The notes under the pieces were generated by a model. The model made no database searches, had not been told where the DNA came from, and was given only the letters and a program-made list of their open reading frames with translations. This document shows positions 1 to 13,156 of a stretch of DNA of 64,000 bases, in pieces. Both the position numbers and the translations under genes were made by a program. Numbering within the stretch: the first letter of the stretch is position 1; each line of letters opens with the position of its first letter. Location: assembly GCA_028023455.1 (NCBI GenBank), contig JAQFVV010000003.1, positions 23,932,001 to 23,996,000 on the forward strand, in the 5' to 3' direction. The stretch is from Epiperipatus broadwayi (taxonomy: Eukaryota > Animalia > Onychophora).

Positions 1-1330
1 AGAGAGACCTTTCAGGTATTCATATTTCGAACTTGAGAAGAAAGGTCAAGGGTCTTGCATATGTTGATGACATTGTGGTATTTCTTCCATCAGAGAAATA
101 TATTCCTAGTCTCAAGAAAATCATGTACTGGTATTCTGAGAACTATGGCCTCAGCTTTAATCAGGAAAAGTCTGTGGCATGGTGGTTATTGATTGGGAAG
201 ATTTCATCTAATTTTTTAGCCATGCCATAGAAGTTTCTTAGTTTTTCCCTTATGTTGTCTATAAGAGATATGAGAATTCAGGTTCAAAGAAAACTACTTG
301 AGCCCATCAAAAGAACAGTCAATTCGATTTTAGGGAATTGTCATTGGTGGGAAAAGTGGTATTACTCAATATGCTAGCCTTCCTAAAGATAAAATTATTT
401 TATGCCAGTAATAGTGCCAACTAATGGTTTCCAGGCAAAGATTAACTCTCTCTACTCTAATCTGTTCCAGAAAAAAAATATTGTCGCGATAAACCACAAA
501 GGGATGTGCAAACTCAGAACGGTTGATGGACTTGCCCTTCACTCTATTCAAACCTTTCTGTATCAGAGGGCCCGTAATCTGTTGGTTGGGATAAAAGAGT
601 GTTTTATATCATCTGTTTTTCATTATTTTATTCCCACACTGACCCACTACCATCTACGGATGGGCCCCCGCCTGTAAAACCATTGGCTTGGCTGAAGAGG
701 CTTGTTGCATTGGTTAAGGGGGCAGGAATTGAAAGTGAATTGTTGGATAAATTGAAATATTGGGATGTACACCAATTGCTTTACCCTACGACAGCTGCTC
801 CTCAGGACTTCTTGGGACTTTTGAATGATCTGTTAATTAGAAAATCTCCAACATATCTAGATTTTATCATAAAAGTAAATGTTACTGCACTCCAGTAAAT
901 TTTTAGTCATGAGGAGAGGCTCTTAACAAACTAAATTCAGTTTGCTAGATGTGCAATTGAGAAAATGAATCAATGCAACATCTATTCTTTGGTTGTGTGG
1001 TATTAGATAAATGCAGAGTAATACTCAATGGTTGGATCACATTCTATAAACAAAGGAATTTTTTTAACTTGAATGAATGCCTAAAAACTGAAGTCTTTGG
1101 AATAATTAGACTGTCAATCATGATAAACTATATAGTCTGGACAATGAGATGCCATCTCTTATTTGGGAAGAGTAATGGTAATTTACACAACAAACTTTTG
1201 TATTTGCACAACAAACTTTTGTGCAAAATCAAGGCTATCAGGAAGAGGGCTTAATCTCACCTGAAAGAATCTATAATGATACCTGGAAGCTTGTGGTGTT
1301 GCCAGAATAGTTTTAGCTTCAGAGCTGGGG
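1..1330 (+). mobile_element. Degenerate L1/Tx1-clade non-LTR retrotransposon, 3' half of ORF2 (RT C-terminus and zf-RVT)
   Basis: Frameshifted fragments: GLAYVDDIVVFL (YADD motif), GLSFNQEKS, AKINSLYSNLFQKK...KLRTVDGLALHSIQT, HERLLTN, ESMQHLFFGC, NYIVWTMRCHLLFG. Confidence 0.8.
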
Positions 1331-1879
1331 GACTTCCTTTAAAATTTGTTCAAAGTCACTATACATAAGCCACTAAGATGGCTCTGTCCATGGTTAGGTG
1401 CACTCATTTTGGGCAACTGATAGTCAAAGGATTAGCCCTCCCATAATCATCGGAATGTTGGAGAATAAGTATTGTTTTCCTTCTCATGTTTTGTCAAGTA
1501 AAGATGTCAATAAATGGACAAGACTTTTTTTCATTCCTTAAACTGTCTGAACACTAATCATAAATTCCAAGACAATTTGTTTAATTTTTTACTTTGTATT
1601 TATAGGCAATTTACTTTTGAAAATAAAAAAAAAGTCCTAGAATTAAGAATTTCAGATTAATGACAATTTTCCTATAATGTAAAGAGCTTTGTAATATTTA
1701 TCATTAATGAAGTGATTGTGTTTGGTACAAAGAAGTTTGATAATAAAGTTAGATCAGTTTAGAGTAGAAATGTTATATCACATTAAAACAAGGCACACAT
1801 GTGTACATGTATTTAAATGAAATCAAATGTATTAATGCCATAAAAATGTTTATCAAGTATTAATAAGTTTTAATTTAAA

Positions 1880-2480
1880 TTTTTTTTTCTCAGTGATGAA
1901 AGCTTTTATTCATCAAAAGACAAAATACACAACAGTTAAAAAGGCTTACAAAGAGATCATTACATGGAAAAATGAAATTCAAATACAATATGGTGAAGGG
2001 GAAGGAAATACATATGAAATGGGAAGGGGATATGGAAAGGGTGTATAGACCAGGCAGAGAGCAATGTTGATAGGCTTGGTTGCCCTGATGAATTGATAGG
2101 AGGATTCATGTGTGACATTAGAATGGATGAGGAGATTTCTGAGTCATGCTTAGATGCAACAGGCTGATATTTGTCTCTTGTGGATGAGAAATTTTAGTTT
2201 TTGCCATTGTACTTGTAAGTGGCATTATTATTGGTCATATTGTTCTTTTTGACTTGCTTTTTACCTTTGATAGAGCAAACTACAGTCTGAAAGGGAGAAA
2301 AATCCAGAGGGCAAGGAGATAGACTTTGAAATAAGTTCTTTGATGATGTTTTTAGTTAAAGTTTTGTGTAAAATTTCAATTTGTTAAAATTTGGTTAATT
2401 TTGAAGGTTTTAGTTCATATAGTTTGGGTCTCTGCACATTTTTGCCGCTAAGGGTGGTGGCCATCTTTAAACCATTTGAA
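1880..2480 (-). mobile_element. Possible non-LTR relic: ORF1-like low-complexity region followed by AATAAA and an A-tail
   Basis: Minus strand gives FKWFKDGHHP (knuckle-like), then an S/N/P-rich frame with stops, ending GATGAATAAAAAGC...GAGAAAAAAAAA near 1890. Confidence 0.3.
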
Positions 2481-3422
2481 AGAATGAAAAGTAATATAAA
2501 GAAAAACAATTTTGTATTGGAAAAAATTAAATATATTGATGTAAAGGCCAAAAAAAAAAAAAAAACACTGGAAAACTTGTTATTAAAAATTTTAGTTGAA
2601 TAATGAGAAAATTGAATGGGATTTTAGGCGATTAGTTACCCCAGAGGAGGGGATGTCTGAAAAAAAAAGATTGTTAGAAATGGCTAAATAACTGGAACAA
2701 CAGACAAAAAACTTTATAAACAAGTTCTGAGAGACAGGAAAATTGGAGTGGGAGAAATATCTAAGAGGAAATAAAACCTTTTATATTCCATGAAATAGTT
2801 GAACCACCCACCAAACAGGGGGGGGGGGAATGAGGTAATTAGTTGCTGATCAGCACAAGGTAGACATAAGGAAATTTTGTTAAAAATGCACTAAAACTGA
2901 GATTTTATGAATGAAAGAGCACATTAGAAGCAAAATAAGGCCTTTAAAGGGCCAAATAAATATAAGAGGCACTTTTCATTGCTGCAAAAACAACTTTTCA
3001 GAAATATTCTGTGAGAGCTGTGAGGAGGATGACTTGCCAGTAAGAGCTCCACATATGGACTAGTTTTAATTTAAAATTCTTATTTAAAAATAGATTGACA
3101 TTATGATTCCTTAAACCAGAAGCTTGGCTCAATTGATTGGATTGTCTTAACAATTTAGCCAGAGTTTTTATTCTGCTAAGATTTAAAATTATTATTATTA
3201 TTATTTTTAAAAATGTCATTAAAAGATAAAAGAATTTTATATTGAATCTAAATATTTATAAATAGTTTTAAATAAATATATGTATATAACATTTTAATTT
3301 TTCATCAAGATAAAAATAAAATAAAATTTAAATATATATATCTGCACTTTGCTATCGAAAAATAATGCTATCTGGCTAACAAATAAACGAGTTAACAACT
3401 AAAATAATATCAAAACATTTAT

Positions 3423-3703
3423 TAGGCATCTATTTATATTAATAATAATATATTTATAACAGTTCACAAATGCGTGACAGCAGTAACATCCATTGATTAG
3501 AGGAATTCAATGACTGCTAATAAAGTAAACACTTCCAACCAGATTAACTCCCTCATAAAGGTAGGCATCTATTTATATTAATAATAATATATTTATAACA
3601 GTTCACAAATGCGTGACAGCAGTAACATCCATTGATTAGAGGAATTCAATGACTTCTAATAAAGTAAACACTTCCAACCAGATTAACTCCCTCATAAAAG
3701 GTA
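3423..3703. repeat. Tandem duplication, 139-bp unit x2
   Basis: TAGGCATCTATTTATATT starts at 3423 and 3562; the copies differ by one substitution and one A indel. Confidence 0.95.
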
Positions 3704-4003
3704 CAATACTATTTTCCCAATAAGATATTTGAGGATGCCTGACTGTATTCTGGCAAGAAGCTGGCAATATGAATTGTTAAATAATTCCCAATTGTAAATT
3801 ATTGTCTGAACATCATATAATTATGCTTATCTGTCTCTCAAATGAATTACAGTATTTTAAAAAATTGCCATCTCCTCTACTTTTCTGCAAACAATTTAAT
3901 TTATTGGTCTAGTTCCATGTTTGGTCTGTTTATGCCAATGGCTACTTATTTAGATTATTGTTGTTTCATTGACCAGACTTTTTATATTCTTGATTTGATT
4001 TAG

Positions 4004-4040
4004 AGAACAATATATAGTTTAGACAAGTCCACCGTTGAGA
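4004..4040 (+). other. Candidate 37-nt exon (RTIYSLDKSTVE)
   Basis: T-rich tract plus TTAG acceptor upstream, perfect GTAAGT donor at 4041, open in frame 0. No homology recognised. Confidence 0.15.
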
Positions 4041-4789
4041 GTAAGTTTAACATGAATCCACTACAGTGTGACTTATCACATGGTTGTTTTAATACAGCCA
4101 ACAGACTTATTATAATAGTTTAAAACAAGATAACTGTTCAATTTGCATTATATTTTTTCTCTCCTTTTTTCTTTTGCTGTACTTTTAAAATAAAGGCATA
4201 TAATACATCTTGTTCAGAAGATTGAATGGCATTCAAGCATCAAAGATATAGGCTGAACACAAATCTATTTATATGACTAAAATAATTTTTTTATATATAT
4301 GCTCTCAACTAGAAATCAATCTTAGGAACTACTTGCTTATAGAGTGTACTAATGGGCTCAACTCTATAAAATCATCTATTTAAAATTCTCCACATTTTAG
4401 CTGTGTAATATTCTTTTAAAAGCTTTACTGCATATCCCCCCTCCTAAAAATCATGATAAATAAATATTTAGTCCTTAATTATTTGAAACATATACCAGAG
4501 ATAATTTAATTTTATCAAACCCATTTCAAATGAAATCTTGTAAGTGCCTTATAAGATTCTACACATTTGTGTTTTACACAGTTTTATACTTAGTTCAAAA
4601 ATTTAATGATCTTTTATCAAAAGAGTTAAGGAATGACTTTTTATAGTACTGATGATATTAAAAATTTTAAATATATGTATGACATTGATACTATAATTAG
4701 GTGCTGACCTTTCAAGGCATTGGTTGTGTTGGCTTTTATATATATATTAAATACTGTCTACTACTATACTAGTAATGATAAATAAAATA

Positions 4790-4930
4790 GAAAAAAATTA
4801 CATAGCATTCCAATACTAGCCAAAAAACTAATTTTACTAAAATTCTTCTATGACCTGGTCTCATCTATTAACAAATAAACCTTTTCAAGTAAAATTCACC
4901 AATATAATACAACATATTGTATCCTTAAGT
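4790..4930 (-). repeat. Dispersed family D copy (degenerate HHR-like motif at 4846-4894)
   Basis: Reverse complement matches 9190-9310 and 55770-55890 (ATGTTGTAT...TTGTTAATAGA...AGAATTTTAGTAAAATT...GCTAGTATT). Confidence 0.65.
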
Positions 4931-7900
4931 TTTGCCTATAGAACTTTATGTTGGGTATTTTACTAATATATCTATAGTTTATTTTCTGTTAAATAAATTC
5001 CATTACTATGTTAAAAGTAGTGAATCATTTAATAAGTTATCTTATTGATTTATAACTAATGTTATAAAATATTATTTATGACATATTTAAATAAATAAAT
5101 GTAAGTAATTTAATCAAGCTTATTTTATAATTATAATGGTTCTTCTTTTTGAAAGCTTTTGTGTTGGAAATGAGTTTCTTTTTGTTTATATTAATAAAAT
5201 GTTTAGTTGAAAGGGACTTTAGTTTATTAATTATAATTGTTGTAAAACCATAAAGTTAGTATTTTAAGGTGTAACTTATCCTTAACTTATTCTAATTTAA
5301 AGATGCAATTATACTCTTAAGGTGATTATTATGCACATTCATTAAATTATGTCATTATAAAATTAACACTTAAATAATTTTAATAATGTTTTATTGATTT
5401 TATTAATATAATCAATTCGTTACAATTCATTTTAAAAAATATAATTCTAATTGCTAGCTTAATAATAGTCTACTTTTTATATAAATATTAATAATTAGCA
5501 AATAATTTTAAATTAATTATTTCTAAATATTATTTTAATTATTGTTAGTGTGTGTGAATGCATGTAATCTGTTTAATTTAAAATTAAAATTTAAAGAGAA
5601 AATGGTTATATTTTAACTTCCTTGTCTGGAAGACAAAAATATTTAAAGCAATTTTATTGTGTAATGTTTTGTTTATAAAAAAAAGATCTGTTTTAAAAAT
5701 ATTTTATTTAAGTTAAATATTTTGAGAATTAAAAATAAATAAATAAATGTATTTTTATTGCTATAATAATTTCATTTATTAAATAATAATTTGTAAATGT
5801 ATAATGAAACAAGATGATATATTAATTTATTGTTTTGTTTAAAATTTATATAGACTAATTAAAAAAAAGTTATTTTTAGAATATCCAACTTGATAAACAA
5901 ATTGGATCACATAAATTAATAAGTTAATTAAAACTAATTGTCAATCATTAACTTAGTCATCTATCATCTGGCTTATCATATTTAAGTAACTGACCATGTG
6001 TATCTACTCACTTCACTTTTCTTCTTTTTTTTTTCTTTTACATGTGTTAATTTTATTTATTGCTTATTATTTTATAAAGTAATACCATGAACTGCTAGAA
6101 TAATTATCTGCTTGCGCCTCTAGCTTTGATCCATCTATCATTCTACAGAATCTCCTCAACTTATACACCATTCAGAAAGCTTTAACAATGCATGATTAAA
6201 AAAGGAAGTGATATACTGTTGCAATGTTTTGTGACAATAGGAATTTTTACCGAGGATATAATTATATTGCTTGAACTTTTACTAATATTCTATTGTTTGT
6301 TTAGTCATGTTAAATTTATATGGAATTGAATCTTCTAAAACTGTTAATTATCCAAACTTTGCATAACTTTATTCTACAATGAATTATAGACCATAAAATG
6401 CTGAACTTTACTATTATTTACAAAAAAAATTATTGTTAATCTTAATTTGATGTTATAGTAAATTTAGAACTTTTGTAAACTTGCAGGATGTTGTAAATGA
6501 TAAAAGCAAGTGTGGAATAATAACTATGAAAGTATAAATGCTATTGCTTTATTATAAAAGTAAATTATTCTATCATTATTATTTTTTCTTAATTTAAAAC
6601 GACATTCATGAAAATTATTTTAATGCTATTTTAAAATAAATAAAATGTTTATTTTAACATAAGATTACATTTTTCCAAGTATTTTTCTTATGTTAAATAT
6701 GTGTTGGTAAAATATTGTATTTTAAGGAAATGTTTTGTCTTGATCTAGAAATATTTATGCTTGAAAGTACTTTCTTGCAATTAAATATTTTTTGCTGATG
6801 AAATACAAAATATTGCATAAGACACATTTTACTATCTGCTTATTGTTTTATAATACGTATTGCTTTTAAAGGATTGCTGTGCTCCTGATAAATTATTTAT
6901 TGCTGTGTAGAACTTTGCATTATTTCATTGAGAATATGTTATGTATGTTCTTTATAAATTTCTCTTTGCGTAAATCTACGAATTTTGTTAAAAGGAATTA
7001 ATATAGTTACATTCATACTGCTTGAACTAAATATTACACATACTACTTGTTCATTGTTTTATATTTTGAATTACTTCAAAAGAAATTATATTTACTCTTT
7101 TTCATATCATTTCGATGTACACTTTGTTATTTACCTTGAGTAGTTTTTAAATTATGTCAGTGTTTACTTATTTTATGTGCCTCGAATTTTAATACATTAT
7201 TTTTCCAATATTCATATTGTCCAGACACTCTAATAAAATCTTCAACATGTCCAAGGAATCATTATTTGAACTATTTTGCTACAAAATGGCATTGAAATTA
7301 ATGATTTTAGGACTTATAAACTATTAAATGGTAAAAGGGTTATGAATATTTAGCTGTTTTATTTATATGTGTATTATATTTATAATATTGCTTATATTGA
7401 TTATGAGAGTTCTCAGAATATTACTGTCTTGAAATATAATCAAAAGTAACGTATGCATTCTGCATGAAATTGTTTAGGGTGTCTATTAATAAATGGAGGT
7501 ATTAGTGAAGTAGATGTATATTTTTGTTATTAAATTGCTAAGCCACAATTTATATGCATAGTTATATTTTGCTTTAATTATTATATTTTATCAGGTTTTC
7601 ACATAATATGTTTGTTATTGCTATATGAAATAGTAGGATTATATATTATTCTTATCATGCTTTTGAGATGTAGTCTGCCTTAGGTGACAGATAGTTAATA
7701 ATGCTATATTTTCAGCAATATTGTGTGATGATTTATTCATGGTATATTTATTAAAATTAGAGATAATGTCCTTCTTCTTTATGTATACTTTTGGACAAGT
7801 GTTTATTTTTGAGTCTATTCCATCATAATGCCTTTTGTATTCCTTGATGTTTATCTTGATGAAAATTTGTAAAGTCATGCATGATGCCAACCATGCCTTT

Positions 7901-9019
7901 ATTTTGCTCTTGATGCAATAAGAGTAGCTTAAGAATGGTGATATTGTTAATATGTCTAGTCTACATATCTAATGTGTTTAAAAACATTGAAAAAATGTTT
8001 TATACTTAAATTTATAATTATTTTTATGTGGCTATAAAATTATACATCTTTTTAAAAATTCATGCTAATATATTGCTGCTAAGATATATTTTTTAATATC
8101 ATTAATACTGTCACATATTGAAATGAAAGCTGGATTAATAAATAAATGTGGGAACATTCTTTATTCATAGTCAAATCATATTGTTTTTTTCTCCTTTGGT
8201 AATTTAAATTTTATTTAAACTTTGTGATAATTATTTAATTCTAATCTTATTAAAATATTAATGATTTATCCATGTCATATTTATTAACATTAATAAAATA
8301 TTGATTTAATTATTACTTCTGAATTTGTATTTGTATTATCATCTGCATTATCAAAAAAATCCAAAATCACACATATATTTTAATATTAAGATATAAGATT
8401 ATAAGAATATTATAAAAGTCACTTTATTAAAATTTAAATTGTTGATGTTTTTCAGTAACATTCTTGGTTAAACACATTATATTGTTTTATTTTGATTAAG
8501 ATTATAAGAGATCCTTTTTGTGTGATATATATAGCAACAATATCCCTTTTCTACTTTTAGTATCACAAATGTCATTCTAGATTGCTAATATAAATATTTT
8601 AATATCAGAGTTTCATGATTAATTTTAAAGTAAAATGTATTTATTATATTAGGATATTATACAGAGATTGAATCATATCTTATTATTATTTAGTAGGATT
8701 ACATTCACTGTTTGGATAAGAACCTGAGATGAAGAATATCATTATATTTGTTTATTAGAGTATTGTTTAGTAAGATCCCTGAGATTTGATTAGAGAGATT
8801 TATTTTGATTAATAATTTTTTTAAAGTAACCTGTTGGTATATAAACCTGATTTATAAGATTAATTTAGAAAGTATTAGAACTCTTGATTAGATGAGTTGT
8901 TTAGAGCAACATAAGAGCTAGCTACCCTAAGATTATGTTTGTTGATGTTTTACCTTCAATATATTGGCCATAATATTTTAGTGAGCTGTTGGTGGACCAT
9001 GGTTGACCCTGATAGATAC

Positions 9020-9310
9020 AATATGCATACAACACAAAATAGTTTTTCCATTATTCACTTCAAAAACCAACTTCCTTTAACATCTAAGGATGTTTTTCTG
9101 AGGCATCAATCTCATGAAGACATCGTTTGATGATAAAGAAAGTTGGTTTTGAAGTAAATGATGGGAAAGCTATTTTTTGTAGATACATGTTGTATTATCT
9201 TGTTAGATTTCATTTGAAAAAGTTTACTTGTTAATAGATTAAACCACTTCATAGAAGAATTTTAGTAAAATTTTGTTTTTTGGCTAGTATTATATTATTA
9301 TATGTTTTTT
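9020..9310 (+). repeat. Family D copy with fold-back inverted duplication (about 170-bp hairpin, 9025-9195)
   Basis: CATTATTCACTTCAAAAACCAACTTCCTTTAACATC pairs with GATGATAAAGAAAGTTGGTTTTGAAGTAAATGATG; the right arm matches 55690-55890. Confidence 0.75.
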
Positions 9311-10341
9311 TCTATTATATATATTATCTTTTTATTTTATTTATTATAAAAAAAATGCTAAAAGGAATGAAGGTAAGGTAGAACATTTATAATCAGGTTC
9401 CCAAGAAGATTTAAAGAAGAGTGCAGGAAAGATTTTTATTGTTTTATGATATTATTCAAACTATAGTCATCTAGCAATCTCTTTTTTTCATTAAATTTAA
9501 TTAAATAGTTTTAAATAATTATTTAATAAGTTATTTTATTAGACATCTGTCACAAATCCTGTTTATAATTAAAATATTAAGAGTTTTTTTTTTTTTAAAA
9601 AAAAAGTATAGCCTACACATAAATTTATTTTAATTCTTGGGAAATCACATATGTTTCACATGTGACTGTTGGTAAATTACGTGACAGGGCTAAACTAGTT
9701 TTAATTGTAAATAGGGAACAGCATATTACAATATTTTTCCATTACCTAACACTTTACCTTCATAGCTAATTATTCAAGCATGATTTTTATCAAGAAATTT
9801 AGCCCTTTTTGCACATGGCTGCTTTACAAGCAGTTGTCTTGGGTTAGCGGGTTCTCCCGGCTGATGCTATGACACATGGGAAAATTTTTTTTATTGTTTT
9901 ACTTTTAATGGATTTGTTTTTCAAAAGGTCACTTTTATGAAGTATCATTCCTATATATCAGCATAAACCTTAACAATTCTTAGATTATTTCTATCTATCA
10001 TTTGCCAGATTCCCATTTTTTACATTTTATATAATAAAATTTTTACATTAAACAATTTCATTTTTAATCTTTGCATAGGTTTTATAAGCTGTTTTCTGTT
10101 GTTATTCAAGCAATTTTATTTACTTATGCATCATTTTTGTTTTTAGTAGAAGCATTAATACACATAACTATTCTAATTCTCACACTCTACTGATTACTCA
10201 AAATTATAATAGATGGCTCAAGGATTCGAATAATTGAATTAGTGTTCCTAATACAGATTTTGAAAGCAAATAGCAGTAGCTATTTGGCCTTTGTTTAGTA
10301 TTAACATAACATTATACAAATTTCATTTTTAAATATTCTAT

Positions 10342-13156
10342 TATATAGGGTATATGAGCACAGATGAGATAGAGTGGTGAGTGGTGGGTCTTTTCGACAT
10401 ATATGTGTTTAAGTGTATCAGTGTTGTTGTTTCAACGCAATCTTTATTAAGTTACTATAACAGATTTTATGGGCCCAAATGTGCAGGAACCACATTCTGT
10501 TGCTTGCACCAGTGGTCCAAAGAAATTACAATTTTACACTGATGTAATACAGCTGGGAGGTGGTTCAAAGCAATCCAACCTCCTTACATAATAAATTAGG
10601 TATTACCAGTAACTAAAAACAAATGAATCCCAAGTTCAAACATCAAGGAAGCCACAAAGAAGAGAAGCAGAAACAGTCAATCAAGGGGATGCAACCATCC
10701 ATTTGAGACAATCTATGCAGGGGAAACAACTCTCAATCTGGCTTACAGGTCCTCAAATGGCTCCCCCAGACCCCATCCATGACTGAACCAGCCAGAACTC
10801 CACTTTGTGAGACCCCAAACCCACCCCTTGGACAAGATTAATCCATCTTAGCCTCCGATCACAAGTGGGTTCAATAAATCTGGGTGTCTCATTGGTTCAG
10901 TCAATCCAGAACACTAACCAAATCAAAGAGGGCCATGAGAACAGTGCCTGGTCATCCTTTCCCTGGGTGCAGCAATGATTGCCATTCACTTTTGCAGATC
11001 AACGAACCCCTACAACCATCATCTCCACCCCTCAGATCAAAGCTTCAAGCAAAACCCTGTGACTTTCAATCCAACAGTCCAAATGGGCAGGGACCACACT
11101 CAGTCTACCTGCCCAAAAATGTACTGTTTAGGAAACTTGACAACAATACTAATACAGGCCATTCCAAATAGGCCAGGGCCACATTCTGTCTACCTGCTCA
11201 CCTAGACCACAGATAAATTACATAGGTGATTAATCACAAAATACATGGAATTAAATGCCTTGATTACAAAAATACATGATGATAAGTACATTGATTCATT
11301 GTAATCTTGAAACCATGGCTAACCTTACCTGTGAACCATGAGAACACACCATTTGATCATATCACTTTATACACTGAAGTCAGTAAAGATCGAAGTCTAC
11401 TTCACACTGTTGTCAACTCTTAATTCATGTCAAATGTTCTAAATATTTGTTCAGCTCATCCGACTGCAAAGTTCTCCAGGGATTATAATCTAGCCTATAT
11501 ATTTCCATTTGGTTATTCCAATTATGAAAAGTGTGATTAGCATTGTAGGATTCTTGTTTATTGTTTAGTTGTACAGCAGATATTGATGGCAACCAACTTG
11601 TTCTAATAACTAATTTCTGTAAACATGTTGTGAACTTGATTGTAGTAGGATTCCAACTGGGACTCTTGTATTGATCCTATTTGAATTCTGCTTATCTTAA
11701 TTGAAATCTAGGTCTTGATTAGTAATCAAGGTTTCAGTTGTGTAGTCTAAAAGTTTGTAATTAATCTTTAAATATTCCTAATAATTGTTGGATTAAAAGA
11801 GGTTGAGTGAATTGCAACTTTAATATCTCTATTTGGGTCTATAACATCATTTGAACTGAATATCTTTAAATCATTGTTTTTTTGGCTCAGGAAACACTTT
11901 GTTATAATTCTGTGTCAATTTGAAAATTTTATATTTTTTAGTGGCGCCCCAATCATACCGGAAGTGGCCCAATAACTTTTGATCTAATCATCAGGAAAAT
12001 TTAATTCTTGTGCAGGGAGATGGCTTAAAACACAATCTATAATGTTTGATTATAAAATTGAGATCGAATTCATATTTAAAATAATTTCCCCCTCTTGTAC
12101 TGTTTTACCACATTTGACCACCCCGGTTTGACACCACGATATCATAACTTTTTTCCTATGAATGACTTAATGCTGGAATTTCTTTTTTTTCCATAGTTTT
12201 ATGATTACTGTCCTCCCTGATTGGTTTGCAGCTGTAAAAACTTGCTTTATTTTATAAATCTTCGATGTTAACGTGAAATTCTTAAGACTATCTTTATTAA
12301 GCTTTTTTCTCCCAATGTTTTCAATGGAATTTGACTTTTAAACCATTTCTCAATTAATCCTGTCATTAAACTTAGGATTTCTAGTAACATTATTCTTTTT
12401 TGAATTATTTGATTTCATTTTAAAATCTTTTTCTAAGTTATCAAAAACAGGTTTATTCAACTATGTTTACAATAAAAGAAAAAAATATAAAATAACATTA
12501 AATTTGGCAATACATTTATAAACCATTAAATTACTTAATGTCCAATATTAATAAGATTCTATGTGGAATTTACTATTAGGTGAAGAGCTAATATCAAATC
12601 TCTTTCTTTGATATCTTTTAATTTTTGTAAAAAAATTAATATTGTATCAGGTATAACTGACTTGAAGATTAGGAAGCATCTGACAAACCATAGACAGAAA
12701 GTGATGAAAGTTGCACTTCTTATTATTGCAAAATCCCCATAAGCAAAACCTTCTATGAGTGTGTTGATAATTGGATGTTTTGGTGTATAAATTTGATTAA
12801 TCAATATTCTACAGCCCTGAAGAGAGGAACAATCTTACTCAAATGATTCTAAAAATTCCTTATACTGGCTTTTGCCTTTTTTAATGAAACGATTGATAAT
12901 TTCAAATACTTTTGAGTGGAAACTGATTTAAAATTTCTTGTAAAGGTGATGAAATGATAAAACAAATACTCACCTACATCTTGGCAAACTTTCCCCCCAC
13001 AAACTCAAAACTTGAAAGCGTAATGAATCCCATCCTTCTGGAGCCAGTGAACAGTCAACTGCTCTAGCTGGCAACAGGAAGTGGACTCTAGGTATATCAG
13101 TATTATGAGATAGAGTGGTGGGTCATGTAAAAGTCTGTGCTCATATACCCTATATA
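10342..13156. mobile_element. 2.8-kb composite bounded by perfect 23-bp inverted repeats and inner 20-bp direct repeats
   Basis: TATATAGGGTATATGAGCACAGA (10342-10364) is the exact reverse complement of 13134-13156. ATGAGATAGAGTGGTG(...)GGTC occurs at 10364 and 13105. Confidence 0.7.
11340..12200 (-). mobile_element. Degenerate non-LTR (I/Jockey-like) AP-endonuclease relic
   Basis: IQIGSIQESQL (resembles the IQETKL motif) and SYNANHTFHNW (resembles GDFNAHH..W), interrupted by many stops. Confidence 0.4.

Noticed and set aside
2817-2828. Long G/C homopolymers (also about 17233, 58863, 60318) as G-quadruplex elements
   Set aside because: Isolated single runs with no patterned G-tracts; homopolymer lengths are unreliable in assemblies.
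3485-3500. 13-bp match (TAATCAATGGATG, minus) between the 139-bp duplication and family A
   Set aside because: No flanking similarity; plausible by chance in AT-rich DNA.
7639-7890. ORF-track ORFs such as 7639-7890, 22614-22883, 24874-25107, 28703-29005 and 48253-48519 as genes
   Set aside because: Short and AT-biased, many start at alternative start codons, and no motifs were recognised; expected by chance or antisense to repeats.
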